Positions 1-13,489 are shown, counted from the first letter of the stretch. The stretch is DNA of 64,000 bases from Pocillopora damicornis (GCF_003704095.1 NW_020846249.1:1-64000); one strand, 5' to 3'. A program made the numbers and translations. Notes: generated by a model not told the origin, from the sequence alone.

Positions 1-1
1 A

Positions 2-298
2 ATTCCTTGTGGTGACTGTTCATGGTGTTATATTGGTGAGACTGGCAGGGCCTTAAACACAAGAAAGAAAGAACACCTCAGAAATGTAAAAACCGCGGCA
101 AAAGGGTCAAGAATTGCCCATCACGTCTGGGCCAATAGTCACGCAATAGACTTTGATAATGCATCTATTATTGACAAAGGCGGTTTCAGAACAAGAAAAA
201 TACTAGAAGCGTGGCATTCCAAGTTACCTCCCAATGCGGACAACAATTCCTGTCCTTTGCCCGGACAATACAACATTCTTTTTAACAAACATTCTTAG
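2..298 (+). mobile_element. Penelope-like element, C-terminal GIY-YIG endonuclease (5' end beyond window edge)
   Basis: Open frame from base 2: IPCGDCSWCYIGETGRALNTRKKEH...IAHHVW...LEAWH...NKHS* (TAG 296-298). Has the CxxC-YIGETGR and EH motifs of PLE GIY-YIG. Confidence 0.9.
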
Positions 299-360
299 TT
301 ATCAGCATTTTAATTTTTACTTTGTACTTCACACCTAGTATTTTTTACCTTTTTATCATT

Positions 361-403
361 TTACCCGTTGAAGGCTGTAGCGCAAACAGCCGAAAGCTCG
401 TAT
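361..403 (+). ncRNA. Minimal type I hammerhead-ribozyme-like motif with variant core, in PLE 3' region
   Basis: TAC-CCGTTGA-A-GGCTGT(loop)ACAGCC-GAAA-GCTC-GTA: 3-bp stem I, 6-bp stem II, GAAA and palindromic AGCT; lies just after the PLE stop codon. Confidence 0.65.
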
Positions 404-1184
404 TTTTAAAAGTTTTAGCCAGAGATCGTTTTTTAAATTTCATAAGAAATTAAATTGTTGAAAGTTGCATGTGACTATCTCCACTCTGAAGTGAAACACC
501 ACCAAAAAGCTGTCCACACCACCTCTGCCAATAATGAGGGCACAATTGGGTGATGGAAGCGTGAGCTCTGGAAAAATTACATTTTGGAAGATCACGCCAG
601 TAGCCTCTGTGTTGCCCTTTTAACCTTCACGGAAGATGTTTCTCAAGAAAGTGCAGTCTTTAGAGCTTCTAACGCTCTTCAGGAGGAGATTTACAGCAAG
701 GAAAAGTGTAAAGTCTCATTAACGTGGATATTAGGGATGATTTTCTGTCTTTGGAAACCTTGATCCAAGATAGCACTCGAAGTGAATTCTGTCTTTCCTC
801 TGGCACAGCAAACCAAGTTGACACAATTCTACAATGAAAACTTTCTTTTGTCCAATTCAGTACTCATGGAAAGCAGAATGACAAACCTGGTGCCAAGCAC
901 AATGGTTAGCTGAATACTAAGTGCAACAGTAACAAGCACCAGAGTCGACCTGAGCACTGAAAGGCTATCCAACGCCAAAGGTCAAGGTCAAGCTCTAGCA
1001 AACTTCTTCCTTTAAGTCTTTCTCTGAGACTAGAACAACTACTGCTGCTGTGTTGCAATGTACATTACAACGACAAGAAGAAATGGTTCTCCACACCACT
1101 AAATCATAGATCTTAGCCAGGATGGATTATGGTCTTTAAGACTACATTCAACAGCAGTCATACCCATATTAAAAATGTTATCAA

Positions 1185-1400
1185 TACAGTGGAACCCCTC
1201 TAAACCAGACCCTCATTAAGCCAGAATCCTCTTTGTGCCGGACCTTTTTTTCAGCCACAAAATCTCTGTCATACATTTTCTCTATTTTTAACCTCAGTAA
1301 ACCAGAACCCCTCAAATCTGGAAACCAAACACTTTTTCAGTCCGTAATCACTTACCGACAAAGAAATTTACCTTGTTAAAGCAGAAAGTTTGAAAGTTTT
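1185..1400 (+). mobile_element. Tc1/mariner-pogo type terminus
   Basis: TA|CAGTGGAACCCCTC followed by repeated AAACCAGA(A)CCC-like subterminal motifs; no partner end found. Confidence 0.5.
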
Positions 1401-1699
1401 AAGCTTGCTGCCAAAATTAAATCAAACGTTTTTAAACATTAATATTAAAGTTGTTATCATGCAGCTGTGAAATCCCAATCAGAAGTGACAAATGGCTAAT
1501 TACTCATTGTTCTATTGGTACTGAAACAAAAAATCAAGCCGCTAATTATGAGTTACAAATACAGGTATTTAGTTTTAACTAGTAAAACTCCCTGAAAAAG
1601 CCTATGACAGTTAGATGAGATGCATCAGAGAATAAAGAATTTTTACAACTACTGTTTGCTGAGTGCTTCACACTAGCTCAGTTTTACAAAAAATGAATG

Positions 1700-2180
1700 A
1701 CCTTAAGGTCTCAGGCTTTCAGACATGGAAATACATGGATGACACCAATGTAGGCAAGGTCATCCCGCAAGGGCAGCTGGGTAACATCCGGAGTGCTGTT
1801 CATGCTGTTGAGAACTGGTTGTGTGACCACAAGATGACCTTGAATGCCTACAGGTGTAAGGTCAGAAACATTGACTTTGAGAAGAACAGGCACGCATTCC
1901 AGCCTGTCATCTTTGATGGTAAGGAACTCTCTGTTGTTAACTCTGCTATGATTTTAGGAGTGACTTTGGATGAGAAAATTAGCGAACAATTATCTAGTGT
2001 AAGTATGCATACATAATTCTATCAATTCTTAGCTTAGTAGTTTTATCAATTATCTTCAAAATAACCTGTACTATAGTAATTTTATACATTTTCTGTATTT
2101 ACTGTAAAATATAAAGCAATTCAGCCTTTTGGCCGCAGTATGATATTCAATAAATCTATCTATCTATCCAGCTATCTATC
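1700..2180 (+). mobile_element. 5'-truncated CR1/L2-type LINE: RT fragment and 3' tail
   Basis: TWKYMDDT (Y/FxDD), LNxxKCK-like and ILGVT motifs; ends AATTCAGCC...AATAAA(TCTA)n. Confidence 0.8.
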
Positions 2181-2959
2181 ATTTTCTGTTACTTTAATTT
2201 AGAGTGCCCTTAAAAAGCTATATCAAGCTTATACATTGACACCAAAACAAATTTACTAATTTACCTATAACTTTTTGATAAAGCTTTTATCAATATTATC
2301 ATTAATATTACTAATCATTGCAGTCTGTAGAATGCATCTCCATAAATATCTAGACCAGTTGTTGTGGAGTCTTATGTTTGTAATAAAAAAAATTTAGATC
2401 TTTTTAAACTATATTTTTAATAACTAGATCACTAAACTTGAAGCTACTATTGTGAAGGACAAGATTCCAATCCAAACCAAGAAGCCTTGAAAATCACATG
2501 TTAGCAGTAAAGCACAGGAAGATTCCAGTCAAAAGCTGGAAGGCATTGAAAAATATGAAAAAAGTCGTCAAAACCAACTAAGGAGCATGCATGTGTTGCA
2601 TGAAGGGGGGTTGTTAAGCAAGCAGAAGTATACTAACTCTAGAAACAGCAGTGATGTAACAAAACATGTTCCAGATAAGTTATGTAGAAATGACAAGACA
2701 CTTTTTGTGGAAGGCTGTGAAATTTCTAAGATTCTCCCATACATAACCCTTAAAGTTATATAAGAAACAATGACCTTGGTGTAGTTTTAACTTTGGAGTT
2801 GTTGGCCATCAAGCTTTCTGCAGAATCAGTTTCGGGAGTATACAGGCCCCTGAGGCCTTTCCTTTTTCTTTTTTTCCTGAACACCTCTGTATTCCCAAAA
2901 AAAGCCTCTGCCTCCAGTGGTTTGAATGGGGAAGAAAGAGTACTGCATGTGGCAGTGGA

Positions 2960-4290
2960 GGCAGATTGTGTGCCATTTGGCAAGGATGACACACAGCATT
3001 TGTCTTGTTCTGAAAATTCTTGCAGAAGTCTTGTACTGAGACAATCTTTGAACAGACAACACCATCTCCTCTGTTATCTTCAATAGCAACAAAGTGATAC
3101 TCCCCGTTAAGTCTCTTAGGATCAACATCTGCAAGAGGTCTGGTTGGCACTTGATCAGGTCTACCCTGAAAGTATTTGCCCTTTAACAGGTGTCGCACAA
3201 CATTTAGTCTGCAGCAAAGAAACTCAACTAGGTCCGGCTTTACTTTCTTGTAAATAACATAAGAATTCAGCAATCAAACTTCCAATCCATAGTAAAAGAG
3301 TTTTTTTCCAAACTATGCAAGATCTGTTCACCAAGGTCTACCCCAACCATGAACTCTTGATGAGCACTTTGTGCCGGTGGGCAGGGTATGGCTTCACACC
3401 CCCCAGCAGCATTATGTCGCTCGACCACAGCCGGTTCACCTTTGCTCTCTGAAGGATGGATGGTGAAGACTAAGTAGACAGTCATGCTTATTATGCCATG
3501 GCAACCAACATGATTCCTCCATGCATAGTCTCCATGATTCATCCTCCTTTCCATAGCACTGGTGAGTACAATATTGTTAAAGAAACCCTTCCAATCCGTC
3601 CTAATTGTTCCACATGCCAGAATCTTCTTTTGCTCCAGCTCTATGAAGTGGAGGTTGTCCATGTAGAGGTGGTGGTACTTATTTTTAATTAACAACAACA
3701 ACTTCCTCACCACCCTTCAAGCTAAATTGTGCTCCACATTCCCCTCTTCTTTGCCAAGATAAATGTCAAAGTTACAAACATAGCCTCTTTTCGCCTCACA
3801 AAGGACCCACACCTTTATTCCCCAACAAATTGGCTTGTTTTTGATGTATTCTTTGTAGGAGCCTCCCTTTGTGCGGCACCATGGTCTCATTTATGGTAAA
3901 AAAATGAAATTGAGGAATTCTATCTCTCGATGGATTTTATCAAATCCTGGGCTCCCTCTTGGTACTGCTCTGCTATTTTCAGCAAGATGAAAATATCTCC
4001 AGATTTGCAGAAAGCTAGTCTGTGACATTACAGAACTTACACTTTGTTAGTGAAGAAGAGTACCATTGCTCCATTACATCTTTATTCCTGGCAGGTTGAC
4101 TATTCCCTCATAAATGATGACAATAAGGTTCCACATGTCATCTGTAAACATGGCACTGAAAAAATGTTCCTTCTCTACAATCATTTGGATACCTCTGCAT
4201 GGGACCCCGTGATGGCTTGCCAAATGGCCTCTTTGGATATGAAACATAATTTCTAGACCAAAAATCGTAGGATCTTGAGGACGTTCTCTC
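2960..4290 (-). pseudogene. Decayed piggyBac transposase (PGBD4-like)
   Basis: HHLYMDN, LACGTIRTDWKGF, FMVGVDLGEQ (MGGVD), NSYVIYK and a Cys-rich C-terminus across ORFs 3267-3713 and 2809-3273; frameshifted. Confidence 0.85.
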
Positions 4291-4462
4291 TGGACTGCCA
4301 AGACATGACAGGAAAAAATCAGCAATTTTTGGAACATGTTAATTTCAAGACAGCTAGAGAAATAAAAAATATCATGAGAAACACCGTGCATGTTGGTGCG
4401 CATGAGTACAAATAAATAAAATTTTAAGCTATTTTTATTAGTCTGGAAATCCAAGAAGAGGA

Positions 4463-4515
4463 ATAGATAGATAGCTTTAATAAAAATCACATGGCAGCCC
4501 AATAAGGCTGAATTC
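4463..4515 (-). mobile_element. LINE 3' tail, same type as 2118-2180
   Basis: Reverse strand reads AATTCAGCCTTATTGGGCTGCC...TATTAAAGCTATCTATCTAT. Confidence 0.6.
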
Positions 4516-4601
4516 CATGATTATTTACAATACAAAACTGGCTAAAATTGTAAATCATATTTACAAGGCATATTATTTACAAGAATAATACAAGAATAAT
4601 G

Positions 4602-4690
4602 CACAGACCTATTGTCTACACAGACCTATTGTCTACACAGACCTATTTTCTACACAGACCTATTGTCTACACAGACCTATTGTCTACACA
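4602..4690. repeat. 17-bp minisatellite (CACAGACCTATTGTCTA) x ~5.2
   Basis: Five direct copies, one with a G>T change. Confidence 0.95.
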
Positions 4691-5390
4691 TAGTTGGTAA
4701 ATATGTCTGGGAGAAACGCCTGGTGCACATTATTGGGTTAAAAAACTGACACTGATTTCTAAGATTACAAGTAATATGGTTCTTTGGTGGCAAAAATGAT
4801 GAAGCTTGTGCTCATATTGGACACTTGCTTCGAAAAATTTATTACATTGCTCAATACATCTATCCTTCAGTGAGTTCAGGTTTTACAAGTGAGTGAGTTC
4901 AGAACATATGTTACTTTGGCTTATAAAGCAAGAAAAGAAACAGAGGTTTTTATTGTTGCTGGAGCCTTCCAAGAGGGTAAACTGGGTTGTTATTTAGATT
5001 TCCCCTGAAAATAGGGTGTGGTGGGGTAGAGGGGATAATAATACTTTATGCGGATAAAAGCTTGTACTGGTATTTTTGTTTCTACAAAGCAAGTAAGGTT
5101 TAGGGTAGGAGTTTTGGATTGGTATAATTTTAAAGTTGGAATCAGCTTTTTTGATGTGAAATCGCAAATACTTTGGTAGCACCAACCTGCTTGATGGCTT
5201 ATGTAGTGTATTGAGAACAGAGTAAAAGTACTTGTACCCATTTTTGTAATATCACTGTGGGATTACTGAAAGATGTAAAAGTACTGTAATCAAGTAACAT
5301 GATTGTAGCAGCTTATTAGATCAAAGACAGAATATAGAAAACAATTCGAGTGAGTTTGTCATCTAAATGAATAGACAACAGCTAAAAAAC

Positions 5391-7540
5391 ATGGCAACTA
5401 CTCAAGGTATGTACTTTCAAACTCGTCATTCTTCATTCTTGTCTGTAATACCTAGACTTCTCAAGGCTCTAAGAGAAAATTTTACATCAAAAATGACACT
5501 TGTGTAGGATTTAACAGCAATTCATGGTCGATTAATGGAGATATTTTTCAAGTAATTGCATGCACCACTGTATGTTTTGTGCTTTGCTTATATCACTCTA
5601 AATGTTGATATTGCCAACAGGCCTTTGCTGTGTTCCACTATGCAATGGGGATTCATGCTATCATCACGAATTGAAATTTCACCATTTGCCTGGTCATGAG
5701 AAGGATACTAAGTTGAGAGAGGAATGGCTAGTTAAGATTCGAAGAGATAAAAGTCCAAACTTCAAGGTATTTTAAGAGCTTTGTTTAATGATCGGGAAGC
5801 AAAGTAGAAACTTTCAGTCTTTAAGACCTGTCGGATTTAAGAAATATCCAAGGTGATTCGTATTTAATGGAATTCATTTTGTACCAGTATGAGAGTGTGC
5901 TTAAGACATTTCAAAGATGAAGACTACCTTCCACCTACCACATCTGGTTGACAACTGCTCAAAAGGGAAGCTGTTCCTTTTAAGTTTGATTGGTCATCCA
6001 ACTCCAAAGCGCAAAGAAAGATAATTCAACATGTGGAAAGGTATTGATCATCAATTGTGAGTATTTCAGTGATGCCATCTTAATAACATTGATTCCTTAT
6101 GAAAATTTAGCACATCAATTATTATAATGTTCACATGGTTACCTGAAAATATTTTAATAACATTGTTTTACTCTTTTCTTCACAGATACCCAAACAGATG
6201 AGAGTAATGTGGGATATTGATCAAATGAAGCCTTTAAGTGCTACTGTGGTTCTTTCTTNNNNNNNNNNNNNNNNNNNNNNNNNNNNNNNNNNNNNNNNNN
6301 NNNNNNNNNNNNNNNNNNNNNNNNNNNNNNNNNNNNNNNNNNNNNNNNNNNNNNNNNNCACGTTCAAACGTTTAGATGAGAGTAATGATGAGCATTCAAG
6401 TCAATCAGAAGTTAGCCCAGCCATTGACAAAATGCAATCAAAAATTCAGTTCATCAAGGCACAGCTAGTGGCTTTGCAAGAACAGCTACAGAAAAGTAGA
6501 GATGAACTTAAAGCAGCGCAAGAAGAAGTAGAACCAGTAAAAACCCAAGCGGTAATAGAGATTAAAGAAATAAAAAGGCAAGCAGCTGAACAATTGGCAC
6601 TAAATAAATTTGGGCTAAAGAGATTTCACACAGATAATGATTCAATAAAATTTTCTACTGACTTTCCCTCTTAAGCACATTTTCAGTTCCTTTTTCAATT
6701 TGTACAGCCAAGTGCTGAAATGATGACTTACTGTTACGCTTCTGGAGAAAGAGAGGGTAGACTAGCTTCTAGGGATATGTTGCTTGTAGATGAATTGTTT
6801 GTGTTTCTTGTTCACCTCAAATTAGGATTATTTGAACAGGACTTACGTCATAGATTTATGATACATAGGTCTTCATTTTGTAGGATATTGGTCATCTGGA
6901 ATAGTTTTTTGTATCTTTTGCTTGGAAGTCAAATGATCTGGCCTTCAAGAGCTGATGTCAATGGGCATATGCCAGAAGGTTTTAAAAAGCTATACCCAAG
7001 CACACGGGTGATCTTGGATTGTACTGAAATGTTTGTTCAGACTTCAACCTCTAATCCTGTAATCACGGCTCTACTCGACTTGTTAGAGTAATACAACCCT
7101 TGAAGGGTTGATTGGAATCACTCCCAATGGAGCCATTTGTTTTGTTTCCAGTTTGTACACAGGGGGGCATTAGTGATAAGGAAATCACAAGGTGCAGCAG
7201 GATTCTAGACCTTTTAGAACCTGGAGACTCAGTGATGGCTGATAAAGGATTTGACATCAATGATTTACTAAGAGAGCACAATGTATTATTAAATATTCTT
7301 CCCTCTCTTGAAAGTCAAGTGCAGTTTTCCCCTCAGGATGATCAAAAAACAAAAACCATTGTCAACCTTAAAATACATGTTAAATGGGCTATTAGAAGGG
7401 TCAAAGAATATCACTTCTTTGATTTGAAAGTTCCTCTATCTACTTTAGGTTCAGTAAATAAATTATTTTCTGTAGCCTGTCTTCCGACAAATTTTCAAGG
7501 ACCAGTGATATTAACTGATAGTGACAAGCAAAATGAATGA
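5391..7540 (+). pseudogene. ISL2EU-type (PIF/Harbinger clade) transposase with introns: THAP - coiled coil - HTH - DDE_Tnp_4
   Basis: THAP pieces CCVPLC, EWLVKIRRD, RVCLRHF, AVP split by GT-AG introns; then LKLGLFEQDL, TRVILDCTE, GGISDKEIT, VMADKGF, IHVKWAIRRVK; stops and frameshifts. Confidence 0.85.
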
Positions 7541-7789
7541 GCTTAATATATGTTGTAGTTTTAAAAAAGCAGTGAAAAGTGTTAAAAAGAAAAATTACAC
7601 AACACTTTATAGAGGTCTATGACTGCTCATTTTATATAACTGTTCAAAGTGTAACAGTACTGACACCAAATTAAAACATCTATATGTGTCATTCTACTGA
7701 GTCATCTTGGTTTATTGTTAGACTGTAAGCTTGCAATTTACCAGTTTTTATGCAAAAGCTGAATTGACTTACATTTATTGTTGATAGTG

Positions 7790-8084
7790 TAGCCCTGTAC
7801 ACTTGAAACGAACACCAATACCATTTGATTGTATGCTTGAAGGCTTTAGATTATTGTTTAGTGTAAAAGCTAGTCTCCAGCACAATGTAAAACAGCAGGT
7901 CTGGCGATTCCACCACAGGTAAACAATCAGTCTCAAAGTTCTTGCCCTCCATCAAAACTGGGTCGATTCCAGTCGCTGATATTTTCTCAAGATAACGTTG
8001 TTTGACCTTATTCTCTAACCTGTTTGCATAATCATGAGTATGGTTCAGGATACATACGCTCAAGCGTGCAGTTATTATGGCCAT
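7790..8084 (-). pseudogene. N-terminus of the convergent second ISL2EU gene (SWIM/YqaJ-type protein); rest deleted
   Basis: DYANRLENKVKQRYLEKISATGIDP...LPVVESPDLLFYIVLETSFYT, clearly homologous to ORF 22356-22664; candidate terminus ...AAAAGGCTCTAT at ~8105. Confidence 0.7.
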
Positions 8085-8134
8085 GTGATGAATAAAAGGC
8101 TCTATTGGGAGTTAATGAAAATGAAATCTGATCT

Positions 8135-8395
8135 GTGACTATTTCCTTTTTTAAAAGTAAAGCAAAATGTATCAGCAACCGAGCACAGGAATTAAGACAT
8201 AGAATAGACCAACTTGATACTATTATCTGCGATAATTTTTCAGAACTTAAATCAATTTACCAAAAAAAAGGAAAACAGACAATGTTTAGAGCAAAATACC
8301 GCTGGATAGAAAATGGTGAACATCCAATAAAGTTTTTTTCAATCTTGAAAAAATTAATTACAACAAAAAAAACTATCAGTGAACTTGGATTACAA
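8135..8395 (+). mobile_element. L1/Tx1-type LINE ORF2 fragment (EN-RT linker)
   Basis: FRAKYRWIENGEHPIKFF resembles the RSKxxWxExGExxTKYFF motif. Confidence 0.7.
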
Positions 8396-8469
8396 AAGCA
8401 TAGAAAGCATAGAATCCGCCATTTTTCAGGTGTTGTTGCTCACAAGTTTGATTACGTCTGTGAAAGATC

Positions 8470-10612
8470 ATGGCGTCAAATTATTTCAATACCGATCAAG
8501 TTTTAGAGATGGTCTTGGCAGATGGCAGTGATCTGGACGACGAAGACAGTGTAGAAGAAGATTTTGGCGATCTGGAGAGTGAAAGGGATTTGGAAAATTG
8601 TTCTGTTTGTTCGCAAGATGGTAGTTTTTCTGAAGGTTCAGTTCAACCTTTGCCGCCATGTGACAGGTCTTCACTGCTAGCGGAGGAGGTAAGAGCCAAA
8701 AACTTGGTGTTTATTTTGTCTTATTTCTTAGACCAAGTCTAAAATTCATTGTTCAAACATTAAGCAAACTTAAATTATTAATAAGCTCGATACAAAGCTG
8801 TCTCAGGATCTGCTATCTTGAATGCACTCCTACATTTTACTGTAAAACATCCACGTGACATTTTCTTGGGAAAAAGGGTTAAGTCCATGCCTTTTTTTTA
8901 GGATGATTCAGGCCCTTCAGCCTTGGATGTTACCCTCCAATTTGTGAATGAAAGTACACAGAAATGGTTGTGCATGCACGGCCAGTTTCTTCAGCCTCAA
9001 GAAGAAACTTACTAGCTCCAGCTAGGGCAGCAGCAGTTCGAGTAAGGCCAATAGCTGCTCCCACATGACCAGCAGTAGCTCCAGCAGGGCCACCAGCAGC
9101 TCCAGCAAGACCAGCCGCAACTCCAGGTTATAACTTTGTCTGGAGAAATTTTCGTGGCATTGAAGAAAACCCAAATCGAGAAAAATATTTTCTTGGAGAT
9201 ACTGGGCCATCAAGAGAAGAAAATGCTGCTAATTCTAAGACTGAACACTTCAACCTTTTCATTGATCAAAATGTAATACATAGTTTCTGCCTGGAAGCTA
9301 ACAGGTATGCAAATCAGTATGAAGTTGCTGATTTTCAAGATGTCGTGCCAGAGGAAATGATGGCATTTGTAGCCATGAACATTGCAATGGGTATTTAAAT
9401 ACCTCAGATGTAAAGACTTTTGGTCTACAGACCCAGTTCTTTCACATCCTTAGTTCCCTTCAGTAATGAGCAGAGACAGATTTTTGCAAATTCTTTACCA
9501 CGTTCATCTAAATAACAATCAAAACGACCCTGGAAATGATAAATTTTTCAAAGTAAGGCTTGATCACATCATAAGGCAATGCAAGAAACATTAGAAGCCT
9601 AACTGTGAAGTCTCAATTGCTGAGCAAATGATTGGCACAAAAAGTAGGATAAGCTTCCGTCAATACATGCCTATGAAACCTATTGCCAAGTGGGGAATAT
9701 AGGAGTGGGTTATGGCAGATGCAGTGTCAGGGTACTGTTGTTACCTTCAAATCTACACTGGCAAGGAAGGAAACAATGGAGAGAAGGGCTTGGCAAGCAG
9801 AGTTGTAAAAGATCTCATGGAAAATTATCAGGGGCTAGGGGGAATCATCTTTATATAGACAACTTTTACACCTCTCCTCAACTATTCGAAGATCATTTGG
9901 AGGCTGGAACCCTTGCATGTGGGACAATAAGAAGCAACAGAAAGGGTTTTCCTGCAGTGGTCAAAGATAATGTTGATCAGAATGACTCATTATTTTGCAA
10001 AGTAGACATGACAGAGGGGTTCATCACAGCAGTACACTGGAAAGACAAAAGGGATATTTTTGCACTGACTACCATCCATGGCAATGCTGTTGGTGATGAC
10101 ATTCCTCATAAACCAGAAACTGATCTGTGAATACAACAAATACACGGGTGGCATTGACCACAATGATCAGCTGCTGGTCTACTTTGCCATTGGGTGAAAA
10201 CCTTTGAAGTGGTGGAAGCATGTGTTTTGGCGGCTACTCAATATTGTATGGTCAACAGCCACCTGCTCTATGAAGTTAAACCTGACAAGAATCAGTTACC
10301 CAGAAGCAGTTCAAGCTCAATTTATGCCATTCTCTGGTTCAGCCACTATTTACGTCGAGAGAAAATCCGGGTGCCAGAGTTGTCAGGGAGCCTGGTTCCT
10401 GGCTCCTGGCTCCAGTTCCTTGTGATTGTTTAATAGGAAAGCATTTTAGGCAAAGGGCTGGCAAGAGGAAGAGATGTAAAGTTTGTGCTTACACCAAAAA
10501 TGCAAAAGGAAATCTAAAGCATACGAAAACTAATTTCTACTGTGCAAAGTGTGATGCACACCTTTGTGAACAGCCATGTTTTCAAAAATGGCACTCCCAA
10601 TCCAGCCTTTGA
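8470..10612 (+). pseudogene. Decayed piggyBac transposase with acidic N-terminus and intron
   Basis: MASNYFNTDQVLEMVLADGSD acidic start; MSRDRF, QYMPMKP, HLYIDNFYTSPQLF, ACGTIRSNRKGFP, WKDKRD, GGIDHNDQ, KWWK; C-terminal CKVC...CAKCDAHLC...CFQKWH, TGA 10610-10612. Confidence 0.9.
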
Positions 10613-11639
10613 TAGGTTTACCAGCTTCTCTTTTAGCCAAAGATCACAAACAGTGGCCTGCTAATGCAGAACAGCAATGCTTTCATGCATTTTTCCAGGG
10701 AGAATACAGTTAGAGTTGTTTAAGCAAAGAAAACATTGTTCACTAATTCAAAATATACTTTAACTATTTTTGGAAATTCTGAGATCCCGGAGTATATTTG
10801 AAAATCATATTATTTTGATGGAGAAAGCATCAGTTGGCTTAATAGTTGTGCATTATGAATAGCTTGTAAGACATCCTGAGAAATTTTATCTAAACCTAGA
10901 AATTCTGATTTTAATTTGCATAAATTATGTATGATTGTTGGTTACCATGGAGATTTACATTAATTATTTGTTTACTTTACTAATGCTCAGAATTTAGTAA
11001 CCTCTCTAACCATATATAACATTTATATATTACTGTAAAGTAGTCTTGTATAAAATCATTTTATTCTGCAGTCCCTTGAACCATTTTTCTCTCCGAAAAT
11101 ATTCAATCTGAGAAGTATTAAATCTCAATTAAAAACTGCCTTGCAAAATCTGAGCAAAGGGGAACAGCTGAATGTAGTGCAGAGGGAAAAAGAGGACTGT
11201 TCACTTGTGCATAGCGAAATTTCGCTAGGAAACAGAGAAGATCTGTTTTAATTGATTGTGTCTGTCAAAAAAGAGAAGTGTTAGAGCCCAGTCCCAGATA
11301 ATGCTGTGATCTTCATGAGCCCTTATAAGTATGCAAAAACCAGAAATTTTAAGAGGAAGATTCTTAATCGTTGCATTTATAGATACCCTATGAACCAGCT
11401 TGAAAAAATTCATCTGCCCTAAGGAGAATTATCTACCTGGGAAATAAGGCAGGCACATTCTCATGCTAATTTACTATCCCTGAAACGTCGACAAAGCATC
11501 GTGTTCACCTTGATATGGGAAAAGTTGATTACTTTGTAGATTTTGGGAATAGATCTTATTTTTATCAGGTAATTTCTTATGGCAGCAAAATACCTGTCAT
11601 AGTTAATTGCAAGCTGATGTCATACGCTCATATTTTTGA

Positions 11640-12955
11640 CTCCTGCCAGCAGAACTAGTATGCAGTTTGTTCCATTACTGAGAACACACTGGAGGTTATG
11701 GAGAACAAACACCCCCAAATTGGTGAAATTTACTCATGGAGAAACGAAGTAGGATGTTACCACGACAACTTTATCTTGGCAGCCGCTAGGGATGCAGGGA
11801 GACAAGTTGGTATTTCAGTTATGCAGTATGACTTTTCTGATCCCCAGTGTGTGAAAGATGTCTGTGATAGGATTCTTTGCCCAATGAAGTAATCAATCCA
11901 ATGATACAACAATGAGGGACATGATATAGTTTCTGCAAAAGACATGCATCCCGTTAGAGGTACGACTGCCCTCATTTCCTCAACAAAGTAGACTAAAAAA
12001 ACACGAAGCACAAAAGATAGAGGGTTTAGTAAATATGACAACTTTAAGTTTGAGGGGGAAGGAATGCAAATATGAAGAGCTTATGGTATTGGGCAGGGTG
12101 GGCTGATTCCTTAACAAGATTTCATCATAAAGCCTCAGGGTCCTACAAGACTTATTGTAAATGAGAACTCCTTCCTGCTGAAGGCGGTTCAGCTCCATAA
12201 GGCAACTACAAATGGTGAAAAATCAAATGGTCTTTTCACTTGTTCTGAGCCAGGCTGCAACATGGTGGTTAAAAAATGCAGTGAACTAGGGAGTATCCTT
12301 GATGTTGGCAAGCTCTGCCAAATTTGTCGAAAATTTGATACAGTTTATGACAGACTTAAAAGAGACTGGGTGAAGAAATACCTCATTGTTGACAAAGAGG
12401 ATATTGACAGTGCACCCTAAGAATCTGGTGATGAACAACAGCACGAGCATAAAGCAAGTAGTAATAGCAGTGATCTGCAGCTTAGTTGGGCACTGCATAA
12501 GCCAAGAAGTGAAGCTGTACATTTCACTTGCGAGGTTAAGCAGTATTGGACAGCGAAATTTGATCTGGGAGAGAGAACTGGCATCAAGGGTGTTTGAAAG
12601 GAAGGACTGGCCAACTAAGACTCAGGTGCAGGGATTTTTTTGAGATTGGCAACTGCAAGAAGGAGACAAGGAAGCCAAGAAGTTGAGATGGAGGACGTTT
12701 ATGCAGAGGAGGAGGAGCAACAAAGACATGAGGTATTGGAAAATGTGGCCAGCTAGCTTGGTCTTCAGCACCCCATTTGCTATGACTCTATGACTGCTTG
12801 TGTGACCTCTTGCATGATAGAAAACTTAAAACTTTCAGTGTAGTGATGGTGAAGCAAATGCTTAAATACTTTGCTATTCCTTATGGTTCCCGAAATAGAA
12901 AAACCACTCAGGTAACTGAACTTTTAACATTGCTAGAGGGATGTGACTGTCACTG
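11640..12955 (+). pseudogene. Sola3-like DDD transposase remnant
   Basis: NEVGCYHDN and YDFSDPQCVKDVCDRILCPMK motifs, C2H2-like FTCSEPGC, GWALHKPR, KFDLGERTG; many stops. Family name from recalled motifs. Confidence 0.6.
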
Positions 12956-13489
12956 ATAGGATAACGCTGTAAACTTTTTTAGATGAGAGACTGAGAAGAT
13001 GCTGCTAACTGAGTGTTACAGTTGATACACTGTAATCACTACATATTGATCTGCTACAAGTTTGGTTCGTTTCATTATGTTAAACCGCAACTATAGCAAC
13101 ATTGTTAAGTTCCACCCAGAACTGCATTTTAGTCAGTTGTCTTTGCTTGGGCAAATGATAAGTCATGTTTATTGTAAGAGTGTATTGCCCACCTTATCTT
13201 GAAGTTAGTTGGTTAAACTCTTACAAGCAGAACTATTATCTAAGTGCCTACATTCTTTTTATTTGTGCTTGTCTTATTTAGCCTTTGGTAGTTTCACCCA
13301 GATTGTACGAGTTTTTCATCATACATTCTAGCAACTTTGTGAATTTAGTTTATTTTGTTCACATTAGATCACAATGCTACATGATTTACCCACTTGGCTA
13401 TTAGTTTCTGTTAGAGTTAGTTTTTAAGTTGTTCTCCTGTAAACTTTTTCTGGTCTTGCTATAACTTGTGTCGTTGTATCCCAATGGAA

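Noticed and set aside
4602-4690. CRISPR-like repeat array
   Set aside because: No spacers; simple tandem repeat in eukaryotic DNA.
2745-4741. piggyBac TIR pair (ATAA|CCC ... GGG|TTAA)
   Set aside because: Sequences beyond CCC/GGG are not complementary.
9010-9125. AGCAGCTCCAGC repeats and a Leu-rich minus-strand ORF
   Set aside because: Low-complexity Ser/Arg/Ala linker of the piggyBac gene read antisense.
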